The translations under genes and the position numbers were made by a program. Positions 39,201 to 46,490 of a DNA stretch of 64,000 nt are shown here, in pieces. The stretch lies in the NCBI GenBank assembly GCA_964568675.1, contig CAZMQV010000001.1, positions 74,307-138,306 on the forward strand, in the 5' to 3' direction. A model generated the notes under the pieces. The model saw only the letters and a program-made list of their open reading frames with translations. It was not told the origin of the DNA and ran no database searches. Source of the stretch: an uncultured Paludibacter sp. (lineage in GTDB: Bacteria; Bacteroidota; Bacteroidia; Bacteroidales; Paludibacteraceae). The stretch's first letter is position 1; every line of letters starts with the position of its first letter.

Positions 39201-39411
39201 CGTGCTCGGAATGCTTCCGCTCGCTCTTTCTCAAAGCGAAGGCTCCGAAATGTGGCGCCCAATGGCTATTACGGTTATTGGTGGGCTCACCGTCTCCACG
39301 TTACTCACTTTGCTGATTATTCCCGTTCTCTATTCCATGGCTGCCGGCTTTGGCGTAAAACGTCAGTCCAAAAAGTTTAGAAAGAAATACGCTAATCAAG
39401 TCATAGAATAA
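36289..39411 (+). CDS. RND efflux permease (AcrB/HAE1 family)
   Basis: 1040 aa, 12 TM with two large periplasmic loops. SIAIGMVVDDAIVVLENI and LIMLVGIVVKNGIVLVDY proton-relay regions. Confidence 0.95.
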   Translation: MKLYESAVRKPIMTILVFVGVIILGLFSLKNLSVDLFPKIDMNILMVVTTYQGASAADIETNVTKPLENVLNSVPNLDKLTSTSRENRSVITLQFDYGKDLDELTNDVRDKLSLIKAMLPSGASEPVIMKFSTDMIPVIQFAATADKSVPALYRILDDNVANRLARIEGVGSVSISGAPQREIQVYVDPVKMEAHKLTVEAVAQKIGAENMNVPAGTLDVGNETYSLRVPGEFNDPNELKNIVVGSFAGKNVYLTDIATVEDSFEERAQVSYTNGQQGAIIVIQKQSGANSVDIANQVMKAIPEIEKNLPPDVKLTVINDTSKQIVNTINGLVETVLYAFLFVIIVVLFFLGRWRATIIIILTIPVSLIASFIYLYATGSTLNIISLSSLSIAIGMVVDDAIVVLENITTHIERGSRPQSAAVHGTNEVSLSVVASTLTLIAVFFPLTLVTGFAGVMFKELGWIVTIIMIMSLICAMSLTPMLSAQMLRLDRKQHPISVKIYAPIQRFLDWLDLKYAQIINWTVRHRGLSVLIASLFFIASLLPVTTIGTEFFPSSDEGYISAKIYLPVGTRQEITRELALKLQKKWKDENPEFETVSFTVGQASSSNVFGSLQDNSSNSITLDIRLVDLKNREKSTFDMIAKLQKELNRMPEVKKSNISTGHGGAMGGQSQLNIEIYGYDFDKTDNVAQQLKSRLENVKGLTNLQISREEYVPEFQVDFDREKLALNGLNLATASNFLKNRVNGLTASLYREDGEEYIIRVSHDPRYRQSLQDVENILIYNTQGQPIRIKDLGTVVERFTPPTIERKDRQRLVTLNATISGTTMDKAVAAVNAEIAKIDIPQELYVEIGGSYKEQQESFADLGMLFIIIVLLVYIVMASQFESLTYPFIIMFSLPFGISGVILAMVLFNGTLNMMSFIGLIMLVGIVVKNGIVLVDYINLNRERGMGIIRAVVNGGKSRLRPVIMTTATTVLGMLPLALSQSEGSEMWRPMAITVIGGLTVSTLLTLLIIPVLYSMAAGFGVKRQSKKFRKKYANQVIE

Positions 39412-39606
39412 TATAATCACAATTCATACACCGATTGAGCGCTTTTGAAACAAGCTTCTCAATCGGTGCTTATCCAAAAATAAATTATAATAAGAATAGC
39501 TATATGCTCCCGTTTGCCTAAGTTGAAACTCCAAAGGATTACATCCCACAGACTATTATACAACGATGAATGGGTGATATACAACTTCAAAAAAAAAAAT
39601 ATAAAC

Positions 39607-39900
39607 ATGAAAGCAGTATTTATATCCTTCGATCAGGCTCATAAAGAAGATCTTATTCGGATACTCGATAAGCAACTTATTCGCGGATACACCTTCTGGG
39701 AGGCTACTCAGGGGCGAGGCACTACTTCCGGTGAACCGCATTATGGTAGTCATGCGTGGCCATCGCTCAACAATTCGATACTTTGTGTCATCGACAATAA
39801 AAAAGTCTCGCAATTGAAAGAAAATCTTAAAGCCCTTGATGAAGCCTCGCCAATGCTTGGGCTTCGACTCTTTATTTGGCCAATTGAAGATATGTATTAA
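39607..39900 (+). CDS. Small PII-like, transporter-associated protein (PG0541-type)
   Basis: 97 aa from the ATG at 39607 (MKAVFISFDQAHKEDLIRILD...GYTFWEATQGRG...). The length and beta-alpha-beta start fit a PII-like fold, and it follows the RND permease directly. The ORF-track TTG at 39514 looks like an over-extension. Confidence 0.6.
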   Translation: MKAVFISFDQAHKEDLIRILDKQLIRGYTFWEATQGRGTTSGEPHYGSHAWPSLNNSILCVIDNKKVSQLKENLKALDEASPMLGLRLFIWPIEDMY

Positions 39901-39905
39901 AATAA

Positions 39906-39940
39906 AAATGCCATCTGAACTTCTTCTGATGGCTTTTTTT
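39906..39940 (+). terminator. Rho-independent terminator ending the efflux operon
   Basis: GCCATC ... GATGGC stem followed by TTTTTTT. Confidence 0.7.
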
Positions 39941-40386
39941 ATTTGCCAATAACGACTGGCAAAGCTCACTGCTATTTACACGATACATCCACATCACCAC
40001 CAAAGGCTCTTAATCCGAGTAAAAGTCCATAAATCATCTTGTTTATTTAATTTCATAAATTTGTAAAATTAAATCCGTAATCCTGCTTTTGCTTTTCAAC
40101 CAAAACAATTCAATAATTAACAAACACGCGGAAACAATTAATTATACTTGCCTAATGAATATAAATCTCTGATTTGATACGAAACTCACACGCTGTCAAT
40201 GCAAATACATACATTATTATGTCGCATATATATTAATTGTCTAACGCTTACTTTGTTCTTCGTTGAAATCCTCAAATTCTAATACTCTTTTCACTTTAAA
40301 TCTACTTCACAAAATTTTGTAGAAATTAATCTAAAAAATATTTGTAATTTTCTTGTAAAAAATATTGATAACACAATCTATTTGAT

Positions 40387-40394
40387 TATATTTG
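40387..40394 (+). promoter_or_regulatory. TAnnTTTG -7 box (TATATTTG) upstream of the orphan gene at 40438
   Basis: Exact consensus match, 44 nt before the ATG at 40438. Confidence 0.5.
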
Positions 40395-40437
40395 CCACAT
40401 AAATATTTCTTTTTATAATTCTAAAATCTAATTCCTT

Positions 40438-41178
40438 ATGGCAAGTAATTCCGACAACAGTCATGCGAAAAATGTGACTAATTTCGATTCTCTTATTTCT
40501 GCTGTTCTTATTATTGGTAATGACTACAAACCTACTAAAGAAAGCATTAAACTACCCGCGCTGCAGGCGCTCCTCGCTTCGGCAAACGAATCTTTGATTG
40601 CGCTGAAAAACGCCGAATCTGCTAATTCCACTGCTATTGATGTCCGTGAATTGGCTTATAAACCGCTCGGCAGTCTGTTTACAAAAATAAACAACGCACT
40701 GAAAGCTTCAAGCTCTTCTGTTCAGGCAGACAAAACCGCACAAACTATCTTCCGCCGACTTCAGGGCAAAAGAGCAAGCGCAAAAATAACCGATGAAGAA
40801 AAAAAATCTTTGGAAGCCGATGGAATTGGAATTAATCAAATTTCTGCTTCTCAAATGGGCTACAATGAAAGAGTCAACAACTTCGAAAAACTGATTGCCT
40901 TCCTCCAAACTATACCGGAATACAATCCCAACGAAGAGGAATTGAAAATAGAAACATTACAAACGCTTCTAAGCGATTTGAAAGCCAAAAACAGCGAAGT
41001 AATGAAAACTTATCTGGTATTGGAAACCGCCCGTGGTGTTCGCAACGGCATTCTCTACAAACCGCTCAATGGTATTGTCGATATTTCCTTAAACATAAAA
41101 TCTTACATCAAATCCGTTTTTGGTGCCACAAGCACGCAATATAAACTGATTTCCAAACTTCGTTTCGTGAAAATATAA
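40438..41178 (+). CDS. Hypothetical soluble helical protein with an internal tandem duplication
   Basis: 246 aa, with no signal peptide or TM. The two halves align: NVTNFDSLISAV..YKPTKESIKLPALQALLAS...RELAYKPLGSLFTKINNALKA against RVNNFEKLIAFL..YNPNEEELKIETLQTLLSD...NGILYKPLNGIVDISLNIKS. The gene has its own promoter box and terminator. Confidence 0.7.
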   Translation: MASNSDNSHAKNVTNFDSLISAVLIIGNDYKPTKESIKLPALQALLASANESLIALKNAESANSTAIDVRELAYKPLGSLFTKINNALKASSSSVQADKTAQTIFRRLQGKRASAKITDEEKKSLEADGIGINQISASQMGYNERVNNFEKLIAFLQTIPEYNPNEEELKIETLQTLLSDLKAKNSEVMKTYLVLETARGVRNGILYKPLNGIVDISLNIKSYIKSVFGATSTQYKLISKLRFVKI

Positions 41179-41192
41179 TTGAAATGAATACA

Positions 41193-41229
41193 AAAACAGC
41201 GGTTGCATATCCTGCAACCGCTGTTTTTT
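41193..41229 (+). terminator. Rho-independent terminator after the orphan gene
   Basis: 15-bp arms AAAACAGCGGTTGCA and TGCAACCGCTGTTTT with loop TATCC, followed by a T-run. Confidence 0.85.
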
Positions 41230-41277
41230 ATGCGCTAACCTTTAAATAGCTTGAAGCTTCACACGAAAGATATACGC

Positions 41278-41529
41278 CAACCTACTTCTTATATGCTCCA
41301 ATCTGTTTAAGAATTATTACAACTTATATTTAGCATAGCCCAACTTGTTTAAGATATATTCCAACATATTTATAACATGGAGCAACCTATTAAACACTTA
41401 TGCCAACTTACGTTTAATATACCCAAACATATTTAAGACATATACGTACTTAGTTATAACATCGTGCGACCCACGAAGTACATAACCCAAACAGCATTTA
41501 TCACATAGCAACATGATAAATATACCTTA
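41278..41529. repeat. Array of 12 degenerate tandem repeats in exact 21-bp register (consensus CAACnT..[A/T-rich]..AnAT)
   Basis: CAA/CAAC occurs at 41278, 41299, 41320, 41341, 41362, 41383, 41404, 41488 and 41509, all congruent modulo 21. The intervening units at 41425, 41446 and 41467 are more degenerate. No ORF of 60 aa or more exists on either strand. Confidence 0.75.
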
Positions 41530-41628
41530 AAATCAGCAACCACCATTATACCGCTTATATTATTCAATTCCCGACTACCAACACTCGACTATAAATAAAC
41601 ATCCGCATTCTTTCTGATTATTGGAAAT

Positions 41629-41658
41629 GAAAAAGGAGAAGCTTTAAAAGCCTCTCCT
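41629..41658 (-). terminator. Probable terminator for pgi, about 180 nt past its stop codon
   Basis: Read on the minus strand: AGGAGAGGC-TTTTAAA-GCTTCTCCT (one mismatch) followed by TTTTTC. Confidence 0.55.
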
Positions 41659-41836
41659 CATTCTCTTGAAGTCAGAAGTCAATTCCTTCGGTTTGCTTAT
41701 CTGGGTACTATTCTTTTACCACCTCGGCAGAGCCTGTTTCTTCTTTGTCTTAGCGTGCCGGTATCACCATTCCAATTCAGTCTATTCACCAACCATTTAT
41801 GGCTTCTTTGCCTAAATCTTTTCCGTTCCTCGCTTA

Positions 41837-43180
41837 TTATATCCGGGCTTTAATTGCTTTGGTCTCTTCTTCAAATCCGGGTTTTTCGAGCAATGCGAAC
41901 ATGTTCTTTTTATATGCTTCTACTCCCGGTTGGTCAAACGGATTGACGCCAAGCAAATAGCCGCTTATTCCACATGCCTTTTCAAAGAAATAGAGCAACT
42001 CGCCAAGATAATACTCATTGAGTTTCGGAATTTCAATTTTCATGTTGGGTACTCCGCCATCCACGTGGGCTATCATTGTACCCAATTCGGCCATTTTATT
42101 CACCTGGTCAACTCGGCGTCCGGCAAGGAAGTTGAGCCCATCCAAGTTTTCTTCCGAGTGTGGAAATATCTTGGTATTATTAGGCTCATTTATCGATATC
42201 ACGGTTTCGAAAATGCTGCGCTCTCCTTCTTGTATCCATTGCCCCATCGAGTGTAGGTCGGTGGTGAAATCTACCGATGCTGGAAAAATACCTTTGTTCT
42301 CTTTGCCTTCACTTTCGCCGTATAGCTGTTTCCACCATTCCGACACATAATGAAGTTTGGGGTGATAGTTTACTAATATCTCGATTTTTTTCCCTGATTT
42401 GTATAGCTCATTGCGTGCAGCGGCATATTGCGCTGCCGGGTTTTCGTTATATGGTGTGTCCACGCCGCATAATTGCTCCATGGTCATCGCTCCTTGCACC
42501 AATTGACGAATGTCGAATCCGGCTACTGCGATTGGAAGCAATCCCACGGGGGTGAGCACCGAATAGCGTCCGCCTACACTATCTTCCAATACAAATGATT
42601 TCAATCCCTCTTTGTCGGCTAATGTCCTTAGCGCGCCTTTTGCTTTGTCCGTTACGCAAATTATCAATTTCTGTGCCGCTTCTTTGCCTTGTTGCTCTTC
42701 CAGTTGTGTCTTTAGCAAGCGAAATGCGAGCGCAGGCTCGGTAGTTGTCCCTGATTTTGAAATTGAGATTATCCCAAATTTCTTGTTTTTTAGTAATTCC
42801 TGCAATTCGTAAAGATAGTCTTCGCCAATGTTTTGCCCGGCATAGAGTATCACGGGATATTTGCGCGTTGTTTGTAGCCAATCGAAACTATTCGAAAGCG
42901 CGTCGATTACTGCTTTAGCGCCTAAATAACTTCCTCCAATACCGATTACAACCACTACTTCACAATTCTCTTGAAGAATTTTCGCGCTATTCTCAATGTC
43001 GGCAAACCGCTGTTCATCAATTGATGATGGCAGGTTGAGCCAACCCAAAAAATCGTTGCCTTTACCGCTACCACTGTGCAGCGCTTTGTTGGCTACGCTT
43101 ACTTGCTCTTTGTATCCGGCGATATTCTCTGCCGATACAAAATTCAGAGCTTTTGCAAATGAAAATTGAATGTGTTCCAT
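41837..43180 (-). CDS. pgi: Glucose-6-phosphate isomerase
   Basis: 447 aa. [41 protein letters not shown]. Confidence 0.95.
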   Translation of the reverse strand: MEHIQFSFAKALNFVSAENIAGYKEQVSVANKALHSGSGKGNDFLGWLNLPSSIDEQRFADIENSAKILQENCEVVVVIGIGGSYLGAKAVIDALSNSFDWLQTTRKYPVILYAGQNIGEDYLYELQELLKNKKFGIISISKSGTTTEPALAFRLLKTQLEEQQGKEAAQKLIICVTDKAKGALRTLADKEGLKSFVLEDSVGGRYSVLTPVGLLPIAVAGFDIRQLVQGAMTMEQLCGVDTPYNENPAAQYAAARNELYKSGKKIEILVNYHPKLHYVSEWWKQLYGESEGKENKGIFPASVDFTTDLHSMGQWIQEGERSIFETVISINEPNNTKIFPHSEENLDGLNFLAGRRVDQVNKMAELGTMIAHVDGGVPNMKIEIPKLNEYYLGELLYFFEKACGISGYLLGVNPFDQPGVEAYKKNMFALLEKPGFEEETKAIKARI

Positions 43181-43204
43181 ATTATAACTTGTTAATTGTT
43201 TGGT

Positions 43205-44278
43205 TTATTTTAATTTCGAAGTCAATTCATTTATCTCCAACAATGGAGAGCTTTTTTCATAAAGAATATTATATACCGCTTCTACGATTGGTATATTCAC
43301 TTGATATTTTTGATTCATCTCATGGATGGTTTTAGTCGCATAATACCCTTCTGCTATCATTTCCATCTCTATTTGAGCCGTCTTCACCGAGTATCCCATC
43401 CCTATCATACTACCGAATAGCCTGTTCCTGCTAAATTTTGAGTAAGCTGTTACCAGCAAATCGCCTAAGAATGCCGATTCGCTGATATCACGATGTTGAG
43501 GATTCGTAGCTGTACAAAATCGATTCATTTCTTGCACGGCATTCGAGATAAGTACTGCTTGAAAGTTGTCGCCATATTTCAATCCATGACAAATCCCCGA
43601 AGCGATTGCATAAATGTTTTTCATCACTGAGGTATATTCCAGTCCATATACGTCGTCGCTTATTCGGGAATGAATGTAAGGATTGATGAATTTGTCGGCT
43701 ACATATCGTGCGTTTTCGCGCGATTGACAGGCGATGGTCAAATACGAAAGGCGTTCGAGCGCCACTTCTTCCGCATGACACGGCCCTCCAATTACAAGCA
43801 TCTTCTCACTTGGTACATTGTATTTCTCAATAAAGTAATCGGATATCAGCATGTTCTCGTCTGGCACGATACCTTTTATTGCCGAAACTACTATTTTGTC
43901 GCTTATCTTCCGCTTTAGTTTCTTTAAGTGCTGCTTGAGAAATGGTGATGGCGTAGCAAAAATAAGAATGTCCGAATTTTTTACAACCTTGTTGATGTCG
44001 CTCGAAAATGATATCCTGTCGGTGTTGAATTTCACGCCACTTAAATACGAAGGGTTTTTACCAAGTCGGATAAACTCATCTATCTGCTCTTGGCGGCGCA
44101 TATACCAATGGATGTATTTCACATTCGAGAGTGTGATTTTTGCAAGCGCCGTAGCCCAGCTTCCACCTCCCATAATTGCAATCCGCACATTGTCATACTC
44201 CTTGCGGGGTTCTGTTTCTCCTAATATTTCTGACAATGTTATATTGGAGTTTCCCCATTCGATGCTTTCTGTAATCAT
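43205..44278 (-). CDS. gpsA: NAD(P)H-dependent glycerol-3-phosphate dehydrogenase
   Basis: IAIMGGGSWATALAKI dinucleotide fold, GGPCHAEEVA, FLGDLLVTAYS. The ~30-aa N-terminal extension may mean the true start is further downstream, for example the GTG of VRIAIMGGG. Confidence 0.9.
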   Translation of the reverse strand: MITESIEWGNSNITLSEILGETEPRKEYDNVRIAIMGGGSWATALAKITLSNVKYIHWYMRRQEQIDEFIRLGKNPSYLSGVKFNTDRISFSSDINKVVKNSDILIFATPSPFLKQHLKKLKRKISDKIVVSAIKGIVPDENMLISDYFIEKYNVPSEKMLVIGGPCHAEEVALERLSYLTIACQSRENARYVADKFINPYIHSRISDDVYGLEYTSVMKNIYAIASGICHGLKYGDNFQAVLISNAVQEMNRFCTATNPQHRDISESAFLGDLLVTAYSKFSRNRLFGSMIGMGYSVKTAQIEMEMIAEGYYATKTIHEMNQKYQVNIPIVEAVYNILYEKSSPLLEINELTSKLK

Positions 44279-44319
44279 ATTCTATCGTTTTGCTATGATT
44301 AATTATTTTCTTTGGCACG

Positions 44320-44350
44320 AAAAGCACTGAATTTTCTTTTCAGTGCTTTT
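44320..44350 (-). terminator. Terminator hairpin after lysS
   Basis: AAAAGCACTGA (44320-44330) pairs with TCAGTGCTTTT (44340-44350), between the lysS stop and the gpsA start. Confidence 0.65.
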
Positions 44351-44402
44351 CTTGCTTTTTTAATGTCGGAATAAACAGTAGGTTTTTGATTATCTTTAAC
44401 CG

Positions 44403-46139
44403 CTATGCCTCTGCGCCCGCATTGTTTATCCAGGCTTCCACTTCTTCTTTGGTCGGATTTTTTAGTTCCAATTTGCTTTTCTTGTTGATGCCGCAAATAT
44501 CCTGATGTAGTTTGTTAGCGTTCAATCCCGATAAACTTTTGGCGCTTACATATCCGGCTTTTTGCAACACGGATACCCACGCTTCGGGTACGCCCAATTC
44601 GGTGTATTTGTCTATCGTATCTGCTTTCACACTCTTCTCCGGCTTCATTTGTGGAAATAAAAGTACTTCCTGAATGGCTTGCTGTCCGGTCATTAGCATC
44701 GTTAGCCTGTCCATCCCGATTCCCATTCCCGATGTCGGTGGCATTCCATATTCCAATGAACGAACGAAATCCATGTCTATAAACATCGCTTCGTCATCTC
44801 CTTTTTCCGAAAGTTTGAGTTGATCCTGAAAGCGCTCAAGCTGATCAATCGGATCGTTTAGTTCCGAATAGGCGTTGGCAAGTTCTTTGCCATTAACCAT
44901 TAGCTCAAAACGCTCGGTTAAGTCTGGGTTGCTCCGATGTGTTTTACACAACGGGCTCATTTCGCGCGGATAGTCGGTAATGAATGTTGGTTGAATGTAA
45001 TTGCCTTCGCATTTTTCTCCAAAAATTTCATCAATCAGTTTACCTTTTCCCATCGTTTCGTCTGCTTCGATGTTAAGCCTTTTACACACATCGCGCAGCG
45101 CCTCTTCGTCCATTCCTGCAATGTCTATTCCTGTAAATTCTTTGATGCTGTCGAGCATCGTTACTCGCTTGTAAGGAGCTTTGAAGTCAATGGTTTTCTC
45201 GCCAACTTTCACTTCGGTTGTTCCATTCACGTCGATACATATTCGCTCAATCATTTGTTCGGTAAATTCCATCATCCAGTTGTAATCCTTGTACGCCACA
45301 TAGATTTCCATCGCCGTGAACTCCGGATTGTGGGTGCGGTCCATTCCTTCATTGCGGAAGTTTTTTGAAAATTCATATACTCCTTCAAATCCTCCTACAA
45401 TAAGTCTTTTCAAATAAAGTTCATTAGCGATCCGAAGATACAGAGGTATGTCGAGCGAGTTGTGATGAGTCGCAAAAGGGCGCGCCGACGCGCCGCCCGG
45501 TATCGATTGAAGTATTGGAGTCTCCACTTCAATATATCCTTGCGAGTTGAAATAGCCGCGCATCGACTCATATACTTTTGTTCGTTTTAGAAAAATATCC
45601 TTGACGCCTTCATTCACCACCAAATCCACATAACGTTGGCGATAACGCTGTTCAGGGTCTTCAAACGAGTCGTATGCTACACCATCTTTGTATTTTACAA
45701 TTGGTAAGGGCTTGATTGATTTGCTTAATACCGTAAGTTCTTGTGCGTGTACACTTATTTCTCCCATTTGGGTGCGAAACACAAATCCTTTAATGCCTAT
45801 AAAATCACCTATGTCAAGGAGTTTTTTGAAAACTGTGTTATACATTTCGGGTTGCGCTTCGGAGTTAATGTCATCGCGGCTTATATATACCTGAATGCGT
45901 CCTTTGCTATCCTGAAGCTCTACAAACGAAGCTTTTCCCATGATCCGCCGGCTCATGATTCGCCCCGCCACGCATACTTTGCGCGTCGTTTCGTCTTCAT
46001 CTTTGAACTCCTGCTTTATGTCTGTTGAAAATGCGTCGGTTGGATACAATGCTGCGGGGTATGGATCGATGCCCATCGCGCGCAAACTTCTTAAACTTTC
46101 TCTTCTGAACTGTTCTTGTTCGCTTAATTCCAGATTCAT
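44403..46139 (-). CDS. lysS: Lysine--tRNA ligase (class II) with a ~75-aa C-terminal extension
   Basis: 578 aa. OB anticodon domain, motif 2 FRNEGMDRTHNPEFT, motif 3 GMGIGMDRL. The extra C-terminal tail starts after LLFPQMK. Confidence 0.95.
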   Translation of the reverse strand: MNLELSEQEQFRRESLRSLRAMGIDPYPAALYPTDAFSTDIKQEFKDEDETTRKVCVAGRIMSRRIMGKASFVELQDSKGRIQVYISRDDINSEAQPEMYNTVFKKLLDIGDFIGIKGFVFRTQMGEISVHAQELTVLSKSIKPLPIVKYKDGVAYDSFEDPEQRYRQRYVDLVVNEGVKDIFLKRTKVYESMRGYFNSQGYIEVETPILQSIPGGASARPFATHHNSLDIPLYLRIANELYLKRLIVGGFEGVYEFSKNFRNEGMDRTHNPEFTAMEIYVAYKDYNWMMEFTEQMIERICIDVNGTTEVKVGEKTIDFKAPYKRVTMLDSIKEFTGIDIAGMDEEALRDVCKRLNIEADETMGKGKLIDEIFGEKCEGNYIQPTFITDYPREMSPLCKTHRSNPDLTERFELMVNGKELANAYSELNDPIDQLERFQDQLKLSEKGDDEAMFIDMDFVRSLEYGMPPTSGMGIGMDRLTMLMTGQQAIQEVLLFPQMKPEKSVKADTIDKYTELGVPEAWVSVLQKAGYVSAKSLSGLNANKLHQDICGINKKSKLELKNPTKEEVEAWINNAGAEA

Positions 46140-46419
46140 TTTAATTCGGTTCTAATTATTAGTTATTTCAGAAACAATCTTTCTGACACGCTTCCCGCCT
46201 TTTTTCAAAAAATAAAGATACGAAGTGTGGCAGACAATATGCACATGACAATCAGATACATACATCTATTTCTAAAGGATAATTCTGTGATTGAATGCTT
46301 CTGTGTGCAAGGTGCAAAGGTACAAAAAAAAGAGTGATATTCTGTTGTCTTAGCTCCATTTTATAGCGTTTGCTTGCTTTCGCTACAAAACGCACGATAC
46401 ATTTCTCGTTTTTTATGTG

Positions 46420-46427
46420 TATTTTTG
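46420..46427 (+). promoter_or_regulatory. TAnnTTTG -7 box (TATTTTTG) upstream of the kinase-RapZ_C gene
   Basis: Exact consensus match, 64 nt before the ATG at 46491. Confidence 0.45.
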
Positions 46428-46490
46428 TCAAAATTTTTCAAGAAAAAAGCGAGGATAGATAAGTACATAAATCTAAAATAAAACGATCCA

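Noticed and set aside
41278-41529. CRISPR array
   Set aside because: The period is 21 bp with degenerate units and no conserved-repeat/unique-spacer alternation, and there are no cas genes in the window. I keep it as a tandem-repeat finding instead.
44299-44496. 65-aa basic ORF on the minus strand in a different frame from lysS, overlapping its 3' end
   Set aside because: It overlaps the lysS 3' end and its terminator and has no independent promoter box. Its composition is explained by the frame shift relative to lysS.
46140-46490. A 350-bp gap between lysS and the kinase fusion gene, considered as a possible RNA gene or mobile-element scar
   Set aside because: I could find no hairpin-rich structure, repeats or tRNA-like T-loop. 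It contains a TATTTTTG box consistent with an ordinary divergent promoter region.
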